Assembly (NCBI RefSeq): GCF_009914755.1
Contig: NC_060925.1
DNA length: 64,000 bases
Source of the DNA: the human T2T-CHM13v2.0 reference genome, Homo sapiens
Direction: 5' to 3' (one strand)
A model generated the notes under the pieces. The model did no database searches and was not told the DNA's origin. It was given only the letters and a program-made list of their open reading frames with translations. The translations under genes were made by a program, and so were the position numbers. Shown here piece after piece: positions 15,991 through 31,356 of this stretch. How positions within the stretch are numbered: the first letter of the stretch is position 1; each line of letters opens with the position of its first letter.

Positions 15991-17223
15991 CACTTGGGGA
16001 AGGAGGATGGTCATTTAAACTTCCATAAACCTGCCTTTTAAGAAATGTTTGTAGTAATATATGCTGAATTTTATTTAATCATATTTGCTTCAATATATAT
16101 TTCACTTGTCCCAGATCAGCAAAAGTCAGGGTTCTTTAGAAAAATTCAAATCTATTTAATATATTTATCTTATTTGTGACCTACATTATGAAATAAATAT
16201 TAGTATCTTTTGATAGCTTAAATTTAGGCAGTGCTTAGTTACTTATAAATAAGTGATAAATTCTATGGCTAATCTCTGGCAGGCTTAAGTGTTCTGGCTG
16301 TTGTCCTACATATTACAACATTTAATATATCCAAATTTAGTAACCTAATGAAATCATAATTAGGAAGCTATTGCCTCAGATAATCTTATCACATATTCAA
16401 AAGAAAATGGTAAAATCCCTTTTGTTTGGTGTGCTTTGTCGAATACTTTCTACCATTGCTCTTATCACAGCAAACATAATCTTGTATTTAGTATTTTAGC
16501 AACAGCATTTTATCTGAAACTCTTTACTTAAACTCTTTACTCTGTATTTAAGATTAAATCCTTAAATACAGACATTCTGGGTTGGTCCTGTCTATCAGTT
16601 TCTGAAAATAAAAAGCCATGTATTCAAGTAATTGAGCATCTTCTACAAACAAAGAGTTTGTATTTCTACTTTGAATGTCAGTTTGTCATCATGAAGCATT
16701 GGTGGCATTACATTATCAATTATTTGAAACTAAGACAGTTCAGTGTTCATGCAGATATTAATAGAATATTTTACATTTCAACTTTATTATCACCAACAGG
16801 CAAATGTTTGATAAAGAGAACTTGAAAATGCTTCTTTTCCTCTGGTCCAACATACGCTGGCAGTTTCTAATGGATTCTAGGTTAAGAAGTTGAGCTCTTT
16901 TTGGAATTTCCAGCTGTTTCTATTTAGAATAGTTTTTTAACTTTCATCCCATTCTTTCCTAAAATAAAGGATTGACCTATCACAGAGCTTATTCAGATTA
17001 TGCCAAAGACATATCAGTTTTAATTTAATGTTGTATATCTTCTCTTCCAAGTTGTAAAACAAGATTGAATGTAAGGCAAATAAGATAAATAAGAGTTTTG
17101 ATACCAGTAAGACTACCAGAGATCAACTGGAAATTTTCAGCTCATTTTCTGATTCTTTCTTTCTTTTGCCATGTGTTCGAAGAAATCTTTAATGTTTCTG
17201 GATAACATGTTTTTCTTCTACAG

Positions 17224-17318
17224 GTCTCCTGCAAGCGCAAAATCTTCTAACGCAACTACCTCAGCAAAGCCAAGCCAACCTCCTACAGTCGCAGCCAAGC
17301 ATCACCCTCACCTCCCAG
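17224..17318 (+). CDS. POU2F1: POU2F1 coding exon (~exon 8), (G)LLQAQNLL...TLTSQ
   Basis: ctacag|GTCTCC...TCCCAG|gtcagt; 95 nt, phase 1-0. Confidence 0.95.
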
Positions 17319-17989
17319 GTCAGTTTTCTTCTATGGGGGCTGCTTTCTCTTATCATATTGTTTGGGGAGACTTTTGGACTTTATTTAATTTTTTTTTAAA
17401 TCTAATAAAAATAATTCGGTCTTCGAAAACTGACCAGAAAATCAAAGCTAGGCTTATCAGCTCAATGCTACCAAATCAATATAGTCTTTGAAAATCTTCA
17501 GAGTTCCTGTTTCTTATATGTTCTTAAAGAATAACTGCATTAGCAGTAAATGAGTAATGAGTTCTAGCTATGTGACATCTCCCCTCACCATACTTGGCGG
17601 TAGATATTACCACTTAAACTGGAAACCTAGTGAGCCTCAGTTAAAAATCCATTGTTACCCTTTACCCTTTCTCAGAAACTGCTAAGAGATTTTGATCTCT
17701 ATATTTTCTTTTTTCTCAATGCTTTTATGGTGCTTTAGCTCATTTCTACTAGACCATATAAACACTATAATTATATTAAAAAAATTTAGACATATAAAGG
17801 TTTAAATTATAGACCTGATTCCACTTCTTATCTAGCTGTTGCTTTGAACATGTCATTTTATCTCTCTGGACCTCAGTCTTCTCATCTATAAATTAGGTGA
17901 CTGAACTGGCTGATCCTGAATCTCCTTCCAGCTCTGACTTTCTTTGTCTGCAGTATGGAAGTTATCACTTAATACTAACACATTACCAG

Positions 17990-20400
17990 ATTTGACAGAA
18001 TTCAGCATCCATTTATGATAAGAACTCTTGCAAACTAGATATAGAAGGTAACTTTCTTAACCTGGTAAAGAGCATGTATTAAGAAAAAAAAAAGAAAAGA
18101 AAAAAACCAACATCATACTTAACGAAAAACTGAATACTTTCCCCCTAAGATCAGAAACAAGGCAAAGTGACCAGTTGCCACTTTTATTCCACATTATACT
18201 CAAGGTGCCAGTAATGCAATAAGACAATAAAATAAAATATTAATAAATGACATACAGATTAGAAAGGAAGAAGTAAAACTATCTTAGTTGCTAGATGACA
18301 TGATTGTCTATGTAGAAAATCTTAAGGAATCTACCAAAAAAAGCTACTGGAATAAGTGAGCTTAGCAAGTATGATACAAACTCAATATATAAAAATCATT
18401 TACATTTCTATACACTAGCAGTGAGCATTTGGAAATTGAAATTAAGAAAAAGAAATTTACAGTACTTAGGGGTAAACAACAAAATATTTGTAAGGCCTAT
18501 ACAAATAGTTCTATAGTTGAAAACTATAGAACATTGCTGCATAAAATTAAAGACCTATAAAATAGAAAGAAGTAATATGTTCATGAATCAGAAGACTTAA
18601 GTTAAATGTTAAAATGTCAGTTTTTCCCAAATTGACCTCTAGATTCAACAGTCTCAACCAATACCTAGCAGGCTTTTTTGTAGAAATTTGCATACTGTTT
18701 CTAACATTTATATAGAACTGTAGAAAACACAGAATAACCAAACGATTTTGAGAAGAAAATTGAAGGATTACTGATGTCAAGAATAATTATAAAACTCAAG
18801 TAATGAAGACAGTGTAATACTGGCATATGGATAGAAATAGAGATCAGTGGAACAGAATAGAAGGTCCAGTAGATCCACATGTATATGGCCAACTGATTTG
18901 CCAAAGGTGCCAAAGGATTTCAATGGGAAAAAAAAAGTCATTCAAAAAATGCAGCTGAAACAATAGGGAAAAAAAATAAAAAACCTTGACTATTATTTCA
19001 CACCATGTACAAAGATTTGTTTGATGGGTCATAGACCTAAACTTAGAGAAAAAAGCTTGGAAAAAAATCTTTGTGTCCTTGGGTTAGGCAAGGATTTCTT
19101 AAATAGGACACAAAAAGCACCATAAAATAATGGATAAATTTAATTTCATAAAAATCAAAAGCTTCTCTCAAGTGAATGAAAAGAAAACCACAGATGGGGA
19201 GAAAATATTTATGAAACATATCTGATAAAACATTTGTGTTCAGAATGTCTAAAGAACTCATTCAAGTTAATAATAAGACAATCTGATTTAAAGGAATGGG
19301 CAGCAAAAAAATTGGAGATATGTCACCAAAGATGATATGTAAATGTCCAGCAGGCATATGAAAAGATGCTCAAAAACCGTTAGTGATCAGGAAAATTTAA
19401 ATGAAATATCACTACACAGTCACTAGAATAAGCAAAATTTAAAAGGCTATGACAAAACCAAGTGTTGGCAAGAAGGTAAAGCGACTAGAGTTCTCATACA
19501 TTGCTTAGTGGTGTTGCAAAATGGTATACACACTTTGGAAATTATTTTGGCAGTTTCTTTTTGGGGGGGTGAGGGGGAGGCAAGGTCTTGCTCTGTCACC
19601 CAGGCTGGAGTGCAGTGGCACAATCACAGCCCACTCTAGCAGCCTGACCTCCCAAGCTCAAGCAATCCTCCCGCATCAGCCTCCTGAGTAGCTGGGACTA
19701 CAGGCGTGCATCACCATGCCCAGCTATTTTTTGTAGAGATGGGGTTTCGCCATGTTGCCTAGGCTGGTCTTGAACCCCTGGGCTCAAGCAATCTGCGTGT
19801 CTTGGCCTCCCAAAGTGTTGAGATGACAGGCGTGAGCCACCGCACCAGGCTGGCAGTTTCTTATAAAATTAAATGTGCATGTACCTTGTGACCCAGCAGT
19901 TCTGTCCCTAGAAATGAAAGCATACGTCCACACAAAGACTTGTATGTGAATGTTTCTAGCAGCTTTATTCACCTCAAACTGGAAACAACCTAAATATACA
20001 TCAGCTGGTGACTAGGTAACATAAGCTTTAGCATATCCATATGATGGAATGCTACTTTGCAGTAAAAAGAAACGTGCTTCTGATACATGCATCTCCTGTG
20101 AATCTCAAAAGCATTATACTACATGAAAGAAGACATAAAAGACTGCATACAGTATGATTCAATGCACATGGCATTTTAGAAAAGACAAAACTAAGGTACA
20201 TAAAACATATTAGTGGTTGCCAGGGACGGGGGGCTAATGGTGGGGATTAACTGCAAAGGGAACAAGGGAACTTTTGGGAGTGATGAGAATGTTCTGTATC
20301 TACTACTATCTGTAGTAACTGCTACTACAATTAGTAGCAGTTGTATGACTGTAGTTGCTGAAACATATACTTTGCCCTTTTAAATGGTGAATTTGTGAAT
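17990..20400 (+). mobile_element. Old L1 (L1MB/MC-like) ORF2 remnant plus 3' UTR, interrupted by an Alu
   Basis: Decayed ORF2 motifs (ttcccctaagatcagaaacaaggcaa, gatgacatgattgtctatgtagaaaatc) and 3' end aaatggtgaattt. Confidence 0.85.
19560..19850 (-). mobile_element. AluJ-like, TSD TGGCAGTTTCTT
   Basis: TSD at 19548-19559 and 19851-19862. Confidence 0.9.
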
Positions 20401-21999
20401 ATGCTGAATGCAAGAGTGAGGTTGGGATTTTGAAAAAAGCCTATACCAGAGACTTCTTCCTGGCCTCCGTTCTCTGCATATGGTGGCAGGGCCGTTGTGG
20501 CTTCATCCTGACTCCTGCTCACTGAATTCTACTCTGCCATTTCTAGATCTGGCCCAGTCCAGCCTGAGGTTTCTGGAGCTGGGGTAACTTATCTGTAACC
20601 ACCCCATCTAAAGGTACCCAAGCGATTTTTAGTCCTTTATTATTTGAGAATGGGGCTACTTCAGGCCCGGAGATGAAGTAACAATGTGATAGTTAAGACT
20701 CACCTGTAACTGTCAACCAGTTTCGCTGTGAGAAATGTACAGCTACATAGGGGTCTGCTATGGTTGGTGCTCGTTTTGGCTCCTCCAAAATGGTCAGGTT
20801 GAAAATTACGCAGTGTCAGCATGACATAGAAATGAACTTTGTTATTGTCATTGAAACAGGATAAGAGAGGAACTTAACTCCAGTTGTCGCCTGTGTAATG
20901 CTTATTCTGTAGTTTTCTGGGACAGTTAGTTCCTTTGGAGGAAGCCTTGACTCATAAGGTAAAGGTCAGGCTTATATAACTCATCTAAATTTGAAGAAGA
21001 AAAATTCACAGCCACAGACTTTATCTGTAATTCTGGTTTATAATCGCTCACCTGGGCTACTCTTCACAGGAGGAGTCAACTGAGCAACTAAGATGCAGTC
21101 AGGCAGTGCCTCCCACTAGTGAGGTGTGTTCCACTCAGGGCTTGTGAATAGAACAGAATAACCTTAAGTTTGTGTGATAAGAAAGTTGAGTATTTTATTT
21201 TTAAAAAGAGACTATACCCTCATGTCCCAAAATAAACTATACATGGATTTAAATAATCAAATATTCAACAAAGAAGAAGCTAGCAGATTAAAAGGAATTT
21301 TATCAATGTTAGAAATAAGTGAAGCTTTCTCAGATTTGAAGTAACAGGATATATTAGAAAGGAAAATTAAAAGCTCACCCAAATGACAATTTAAAGGTTT
21401 ATGTACCCTGAAAAATAAAAGGAAGAAAGCAAATTGGAAAAGCATTTGCATTAATATGACAAAGCTTCCTTTATAAAATTTGAGGATCTCTCTAAGGATA
21501 AGGATGAGAATAAATATCATTAATATATAAATTGGTTAAGGACGTAAATCCAATTCACATTCAAAGAAATACAGATAATAATTGACACATGGGAAAATTT
21601 TGACATTGAGTAGTAAGAGAAATACAAATTAAAGCAGCAGGGAACTACCATTTACTTCTTGAATTAGCAAAACATTTTTTAAAACTGCTAACGTAAGTCA
21701 TGTGGAAGAGTGTTGCATAGTGGGAACCAACGTTATGATATGTATCAAAAACCATGAAATTGTTTATCTAGTTACCAGAAAAGCCCTTGAGAATTTATCT
21801 CAAAAGAACTAATTACACACATAGGTGGAAAAAATAACTAATATGCATAAAGTTTTTCATTGTGTTATCTATGTTAGTGAAAACATAAAAACTGTCTAGC
21901 AATTAAGAACTGGTTAAGTAAATTATGAGAATATTGCCTTAGTTTTTAAAAAGGATAACTATGAAAACTGAAATACTCCTGATTTCAGTAGTCCAAGCT

Positions 22000-22324
22000 A
22001 TCAAAGAGTAAGTCAGTGGTAGTGCTTAAAACAAATAAAAATGCTATATATCCAGACAACTATTTAAACCATTAAATATATTCACTCTTCTTTAAAAGTC
22101 CTCGGTTAGCTGACAAATTCCAGAAAATTAATTTGGATTTTGGTTAATTTGGGGTTTTCATCTTCTATAGATTCTTGCTCGATTAACTGGTGTTAGCATA
22201 GGCTTAGAGAGTATGTGTGCCTGTGCTTGCATGCCTGTCTCCATCACCCTCTCTCTTCCAAAAAGTTATTTTTATTTTTAATTTTTATTAATTTTTATTT
22301 TTTAGAGACAGTGTCTTGCTCTGT
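22000..22324. repeat. Inverted duplication, left arm (reverse complement of 24136-24460)
   Basis: Manual alignment: 325 bp, 8 substitutions, no indels. Confidence 0.95.
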
Positions 22325-22953
22325 TAAAACAACGTTAAATAAGAAAAGCAGAGAGTAAAATTTTGTATACCATAATTACAGTGAAGGTTTAAAGATATAG
22401 GTCCTTGGGGAAAAAACTGGAACAGATATACAAAAGCGAAACCTGTTATAAGCTATTTAAACTGCAGGTGGTTTACTTTTCCCCCTTAATGATTTTGAAT
22501 TATGATCTTGAATACTATTTTTATAATACTGTGTCACAGGTTGGAGATGTAATAGTGGTAAACAAGACAGATATGCTGTCTACTGTTTTGACAGTTGAAG
22601 TGCTAGACTTATGAAATAGATTTTTTGAAATAAAGAGTAATTTATTAGAAGACATAAGATATATGTATTCAGACCATTTGAAAACCCAGTTATAATAGGT
22701 TTCATTTTTGTGTATTCATTTCATTTTTGTGTATTCATGTTTTTTCTATAGAATTACATAATTACTTGTAATTACAGTATACATAATTTCACTGTCTGCT
22801 TTGCTCACTGAACATTATGTTGTACATTCTGTAGTGTTACATGGTCTTCATCGTTATCCATAAATGTGGCTCTTTCCTTCAGTTGTTTACTTGGAGTAAA
22901 CCTAAATATCTCTTCACGTGTTTTTCCTCATTGTTTTATTCTTTCTCCAACAG

Positions 22954-23127
22954 CCAGCAACCCCAACACGCACAATAGCAGCAACCCCAATTCAGACACT
23001 TCCACAGAGCCAGTCAACACCAAAGCGAATTGATACTCCCAGCTTGGAGGAGCCCAGTGACCTTGAGGAGCTTGAGCAGTTTGCCAAGACCTTCAAACAA
23101 AGACGAATCAAACTTGGATTCACTCAG
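22954..23127 (+). CDS. POU2F1: POU2F1 coding exon (~exon 9), start of POU-specific domain ([27 protein letters not shown])
   Basis: caacag|CCAGCA...ACTCAG|gtaggg; 174 nt, phase 0-0. Confidence 0.98.
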
Positions 23128-23178
23128 GTAGGGTGAATTGGCCTTACATTGATTCCCCTCCTTGGCTGGGTCCAAATA

Positions 23179-23512
23179 CAGTTGGCTCTCTGTATTCATG
23201 GATTCCACATCTGTGGATTCAACTAGTCCAAAATATTTGGGACGGGGGACGAAAAAGGATGGTCATGTCTGTACTGAACATGTATAGACTTTTTTCTTGC
23301 CATTATTTCCTAAACAATACAACAATTTACATAGCATTTACATTATATTAAGTATTATAAGTAACGTAGAGATGATTTAGAGTATATGGGAGGATACACG
23401 TATGTTATATACAAATATACATTTTATAATTTGGAGGACTTGAGCATCAGTGGATTTTGGTATCCAAGGGAGGTCCCGAAACCAATCCCCTGTGCATACT
23501 GAGGGACAACTG
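23179..23512. mobile_element. MER2-type (TcMar-Tigger) non-autonomous DNA transposon
   Basis: Imperfect TIRs cagttggctctctgtat / atactgagggacaactg, each flanked by TA. Confidence 0.85.
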
Positions 23513-23870
23513 TATTTGCTTTACATGTCCAAAGAGGCTTCTAAGATACAATATGTTCCTCAGCCATGTTGTTTTTTGGTTTTAAACTGCACCTTTTTGT
23601 TAGCCTTTTCCTGCATTTTTAATGTATGGTTTAATGTTAGTCTAGAAGCTTTATGATTTCTTTCAGAACACAGGCCTCTGAAATCATAATTATATCACTA
23701 AATTGTGAAGACTTTAAAAGATTGTATGGAGGATTTTGTTATTTGAAGAATATCTGGTGGTAGACCTCAGTACTTCATATGTAAGATTGAGAGAGTAAAG
23801 ATTACGGGGTGTATTATATTAGCTAAAAGGGGAAAAGTTTAGAAGGCTTATTTAAAAACAGTTTTTTGTA

Positions 23871-24460
<590 letters not shown>

Positions 24461-24477
24461 TAACCTGTCATAAATAA

Positions 24478-24606
24478 TATATTTTTTTAGAGACAGGGTC
24501 TCGCTATGTTGGCCAGGTTGGTCTTGAACTCTTGGCCTCAATCAACCCTCCCGCCTTGGCCTCCCAAAGTGCTAGGATTACAGGTGTGAGCCACTGCGCC
24601 CAGCCT
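24478..24606 (-). mobile_element. FLAM / Alu left monomer
   Basis: agagacagggtctcgctatgttggccagg...gagccactgcgcccagcc. Confidence 0.85.
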
Positions 24607-24923
24607 GCAAATAATACTTTTAAAGCAGGCAAGGAATTAAACTGAATGAAATTTATGTAAAATGGTATAAGATCATTAGGTAAAAAAAAACTGAAGTATG
24701 GATTAGACTGGGTGCCTTTATGGAATCAGGAGAAATCTGTTATTTTCTTTCCAGGGAATATAATTTAAAGTTTTTAAGCCACTAGTTAAATATTACTCAA
24801 ATTATTTTGTGTTGAAAGTACGGTAATGCTCCACCTGGCCTGGTAGGTCAAAATCCAAGGGTAGCATCCCCAAATGTACTATGGGTGTTTTTAAGAACAC
24901 ATTTATATATATCTTTATATATA

Positions 24924-24924
<1 letters not shown>

Positions 24925-24954
<30 letters not shown>

Positions 24955-25227
24955 GAGACAGGGCCTTGGTCTGTCACCCAGGCTGGAGTACAGTGGCATG
25001 ATCACGGCTCACTGCAGCCTTGACCTCCAGGGGTCAAGGGATTCTCCCACTTCCGTCTCCTGAGTAGCTGGGACTCAGGCACACCACCACACCCGGCTAA
25101 TTTTTGTAGAGACGAGGTCTTGTCATGTTGCCCAAGCTGGTCTCGAACTCCTGGGCTCAACCAAATCCACCCACGTCAGCTTCCCAAAGTGCTAAGATTA
25201 CAGGTGTGAGCCACCAGGCCCAGCCCA
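24925..25227 (-). mobile_element. AluJ-like
   Basis: Antisense dimer after a long T-run. Confidence 0.9.
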
Positions 25228-25403
25228 GGCTTATATTTCTTTGGGAATTCATTTTTGCTCAAAGAAATCAATTGTGTTGGGGAATATGTAATGATTTTTT
25301 AAATAGGCATGATTTTAGAGGAAATACAGTTACATTTGTGAGGAGTTTGACTTGTGAAGAAGCAAATTATCCAGAAACATTTTAATACTTTCAAAGCATC
25401 TTA

Positions 25404-25735
<332 letters not shown>

Positions 25736-26808
25736 GAAAGAAAGAAAGCTAAACATAGAACTAGATTGATATGAGTAAGTTACAAAGCTGAAATAAGTAT
25801 AAGGTTAGCATATTTAGCAGTGCCTCAAGTTTTAAACTATTAGCACAGCATACTCTGGGGTTCCCTGAGAGATTGTTGCGTAAGTGATATGCCAAAGATG
25901 TTAAGGCTTTTAAAAATCCTTATCTTTTACTCAAATAGTGGTTTGCCTTTCTGCATTTGACCCAACATATTGCCAGTGTTATGTTTTTCTCTCCCTCCGC
26001 ACATCTCTCCAGGTAAAGGAGCTTCCCTATGGTCTGGTGTTTTGTTTTGTGGTTTTATCCTATTTTTTGGCATGACCATTCCTTATTTTTCGAAATGACT
26101 TTGAGACAGCAGTGGCAATGGTTCACAAACTTGGACTATGTGGGTTAAAGTACATACTACTGCTGCAGAATGGAAAATCAGTCTATCAACCTCTGTTTTT
26201 AAGTCAGATACTTCAATTTTAGTTATTCAAAGGTTGCTCTGTGTCCAATTTATTTATATACACACACAAAGTTTTAGCCATTAAAGTTATTTGCTGAAAC
26301 AAAAAAAGCTCTATTCTCTGTGTAAATATACACATTATTAGATGTTTTAAAGTTATTTTCTAATTTCATAATTGCTTATTAAAGGATTACCATGGCTGTC
26401 TTTGCATAATTAGAAAACATGTCATAGCATAATACATTTATCACATGTGGTACATTCATTATTTCCCAGTCTCAGTTTTTGTTCCTTTTTTGTTATGTTC
26501 TTTTTAAAAATATCAAAGGGATATAATATAGTTAAGATTATATATGAATCGACTACTTAAAACATTTACTTTTGTGAGTGATAACCCAAGATGGTTGTGA
26601 GTTGGATTATCACGAAAGAGCATTAAACCAAGCCTGTACCGAATTAATGAAAATTAGTATGTTAACTGAGGAGTCTGTTGCTTTTTATTCAATTAAGCAA
26701 TTTAAATGTGAAATAAAACATATTAATAAATGATAAAGTGAGTTTATTATTTATTATCATGGTTCTAGTTAGTGAATGGCATAGCTTTATTTCCAGCCAC
26801 CACCTTAA

Positions 26809-27075
<267 letters not shown>

Positions 27076-27351
27076 TTGACTTATTTTTTGCTTGTTAAAT
27101 TGTTACTTTTATAATAAGACAGAAGTTTGTGAAAATTTGTAGCTTATTGTGCAGTTACTATGCCAGAAAACACTTATTGCCATCTAACTGCTACATAAGT
27201 TTATATACTCAAAGAATTGCAAGGTTTAGTTGGCACCAGCTGTAATCTAAACAAGCTGACCATGACATGAATATATGTGATACACAATGCATAAGTTCAA
27301 TGCTTGACATATAGTAGGCACTTAGTGAATATTTGATTGAATGAAGTAACA

Positions 27352-27682
27352 TTTTATTTTATTTTATTTTATTTTATTTTATTTTATTTATTTTTTTGAG
27401 ACAGAGTCTCACTTTGTCACCCAGGCTGGAGTGCAGTGGCATGATCTCGGCTCACTGCAACCTCTGCCTCCCAGGTTTCAAGCAGTTCTCGTGCCTCAGC
27501 CTTCTGAGTAGCTGGGATTACAGGGGTGTGCCACCACACCCAACTAATTTTTGTATTTTTAACAGAGACGGGGGTTTTGCCATGTTGGCCAGGCTGGTCT
27601 CGAACTCCTGACCTCAAATAATCCACCCGCCTGGGCCTCTTAAAGTGCTGGGATTACAGTTGTGAGCCACCGTGCCCTGCCT
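27352..27682 (-). mobile_element. AluS-like with (TTTTA)n tail; TSD TGAATGAAGTAACATTTT
   Basis: Direct repeat at ~27338 and ~27682. Confidence 0.92.
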
Positions 27683-27868
27683 GAATGAAGTAACATTTTA
27701 ATAAATATATAGAGATACAGGTATAGATAAACATAATCATCTGTGTCTTTAGACATATTTGTATACAGTATAATGGATAGCATTTATGCCCTGCTCACCA
27801 CTGATTCTGATTCTTGCAGTTTTATGGTAATTGGAATGAAATCAATAAACAGTCTACTTCAGTATATT

Positions 27869-28060
27869 CAGAACTGTCATTAAAACTTTCTGTGATGATG
27901 GGGTGTTCTGTACATTGGACATGGGATGTCCAATACAATAGCCACTGTCTACTTATGGCTATTGAGCACTTGGAAGGGCTAGTGATGCTGAAGAACTGAA
28001 TTTTTAATTTATTGGGTTTTAATTAATTTAAATAGCCACTTGTGGCTGGTGGCTATATGG
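27869..28060. mobile_element. MER3/MER33-like hAT-Charlie relic
   Basis: aactttctgtgatgatgg...tccaatacaatagccact...ttaaatagccacttgtggctggtggcta. Confidence 0.65.
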
Positions 28061-28943
28061 GAAGGCAGAGGATATCAATCACTTGAAGTTCAGGTATTCT
28101 GGGTGCCTCATTTTGTCTTACATTTCAATATTTCTCATCTGTTAAACTTTTTATCAGAAGTTGCTCACCAAAAAGAAAATGGGGTTTTAAAAATATGTTA
28201 CTTTTTTAACCCAACTACCACCTAATAAAAAATGTAGTATTCAATGTGCTAATAAAAAATGTAGTGTTCAAAAGATGGATTTAGGGGTAGGGGGGAATCA
28301 AAAGACTGGGATAATCCCAGTTCAAACAAGTGTTGCCAGGATAGTTGAGAGTTGGCTGTCTCATAGTAGGATTAGTTGTATAGTACTTTGGACCAGAAAT
28401 GATGTTGCCTTTCTGCCCTGTCACTAAACTAATTGAAATGAATGGGTGAATCATTTAAACTCCGTGAGCCTCTGTTTCCTGTATATAAAGCAACTATCTT
28501 ACGCTTTTTTCCCAGTTTGATCAAGAGAGATTCAGCAAGAAGAAAAGCTCTGTATACATTTCAAAGGTTATAGGCTTATAGAGAAAGACATCTTTTGTAA
28601 TATATTCAGGGCATCATTGTTCTATTGCTATAAGGTTACTAAGTTTCCATTGCCCATGAAGGTTTGACTAAATGGGTCAAACCTCTCTACTGTGAATTTC
28701 TATTTCTATGATGGTTACAAAAGTAGTCTTTTAGAATACCTGTTTTTTGTAACTAACTTTGAAATCCAAACTAGGAGTGAAAATAGATTTTTTTTTCACT
28801 GCGTCCAGAAATACTTGATAGGGAAAAGAAGAAAAGAGATGATTTCTAATTTTTAAAGTGATTTTTGGGAAGTTTGATTAGTTCGTAAATATCTTGGGTT
28901 ATCTAGAGAGTTATACATAATATCTGTAGGTGATACAGATAAA

Positions 28944-29267
28944 TTTATTTTTATTTTTCTTTTTTAAATTTTTTTCTTTTTTTGAGACAGGATCTCGCTC
29001 TGTCACCCAGACTGGAGTGCGGTGCCATGATCACGGCTTGCTACCGCCTTGACCTCCTGGGCTCAAGCGATCCTTCCACCTCAGCCTCCCAAATGGCTAG
29101 GACTACAGGCACACGCCACCATACCTGCCTAATATTTGTATTTTTTGTAGATGTTTTGCCATGTTCTCCAGGCTGGTCTGGAAATCCTGGGCTCAAGCAT
29201 TCCACCCATGTAGGCCTAGGCTTCCCAAAATGCTGGGATTAAAGGTGTGAGCCACTGTGCCCAGACC
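28944..29267 (-). mobile_element. AluJ-like
   Basis: Antisense dimer; CAGATAAAT flanks. Confidence 0.88.
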
Positions 29268-29646
29268 AGATAAATACATTTTTAAAAATTACTTAAATCA
29301 CTTTGGTTGTATCAATTAAGGGGCTTGTTAGAATATTAGCACTATTTTTGATACCTAGTTGAAATTTTGGTATCTCCATGATTACATAAGGTGGCAAGAA
29401 GAGATTCAAAATGGGAAAGTATGTGGGACAGTATTGAACATTGTAACGATCAGGCCTAAAAGAGTCCTCACAGTAACACTGTGACTGGCTTAGGGATGGA
29501 GTTTATGTGGGACCCCGTAAGTGGAATAATTACTGACTCCTTGTCTAAAGCAGTTATTGGAGCAACACCCCAGAGTGAAGGCTTTAAGCACTGGTGAGAT
29601 AACTCTGTCTTTCCTCTCCTCTTCTCCTGCTCTGTATTGTGTGTAG

Positions 29647-29788
29647 GGTGATGTTGGGCTCGCTATGGGGAAACTATATGGAAATGACTTCAGCCAAACT
29701 ACCATCTCTCGATTTGAAGCCTTGAACCTCAGCTTTAAGAACATGTGCAAGTTGAAGCCACTTTTAGAGAAGTGGCTAAATGATGCAG
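29647..29788 (+). CDS. POU2F1: POU2F1 coding exon (~exon 10), POU-specific domain [47 protein letters not shown]
   Basis: gtgtag|GGTGAT...GATGCAG|gtaagt; 142 nt, phase 0-1. Confidence 0.98.
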
Positions 29789-30047
29789 GTAAGTGACTGT
29801 ATAAGACATTTCTTTGTCATTCATTGGAATTTTACATGGGGATTGTTATATAAATTGGGGTTTATATTTCTTACTCTATTTTTGTTGTTACAGAACCTTG
29901 AAGCTTACTAATCCTGGGAGGATCATTATAAATTATGGTGATATAAATCAGAAAGCTGATTCATTTAAATATTCTAGTAATTACAGTATAAATAATTAGC
30001 CGTAATTTTTAGCCTGAAATACTCTTGTATTTGAGCCAGGATTAGGA

Positions 30048-30072
30048 ACACACACACACACACACACACACA
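30048..30072. repeat. (CA)n microsatellite
   Basis: ~12 CA units. Confidence 0.9.
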
Positions 30073-30735
30073 GTTGAAGGAATAGGATAAGTAAGGCTTT
30101 TGTATTTAGATAAGCTTGAAGTAGAAGCTTATTGTTTCTTCCTTGATGAATTATCATAGAACTTGTTCTTGCAATAGTTCTGCTTTTGTTATTTCAAATG
30201 ACCACACATTTCATTCAGAAAAGTTGGACTACTAGCTTTGTCTTACGTTTTTTTGTGCTGAGAGTTCCTTTTGGAAGATTGGAATTTTGAGTCACAGGAT
30301 CATAGACTATGAAAGCTGTAGGAGTCATGTAGATCCCTTAAACTATGGTTCTTATTGTAGATATGAACAAAAATTAGGCCTTTGGAAAAGACAAACCTGA
30401 AACACGCATCCTTGGACAGTTTTATTCAGTAGCTATGGGTGAGGCCTAGGCATCTGTTTCCCAAGTCCACAGATAAGAACCACTGGTTTACTGTTTCCAT
30501 CTTATTTTACGTGTAGCAGAAACAAACTCAGATGTGTATGACATGCCCAAGGTTATTAAACTGTGAAATTATAGAACCCTGTGATTTAACTTCAGAGAAT
30601 TTATAAATATTTCATTTGTTTCTTTTCTTTTTACCCTAGATTATACCAATAAAATGAGAGGCCATTTACAAGATAAATATTAAACGTTCAGTAATTTCTA
30701 AGAAACTTTCTTCCTTTTATCCCCAGAACTTATAA

Positions 30736-31207
<472 letters not shown>

Positions 31208-31356
31208 AATAAGCAATATTGTAATGTAGGTTATGTGAAAACCTTTTCATACTTGGATGTAGCTTATTTTGTCAGTTTTGTTGTTAATATGCATATTATG
31301 CACATGAATCACTGTGCTCAGCTAATTTTATTTCTGTATTTTCTTCATTCTTACAG

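Noticed and set aside
20400-21180. GC-richer stretch with no obvious repeat and an AP-1 motif (TGACTCA, 20948)
   Set aside because: A single motif is insufficient without conservation or chromatin data
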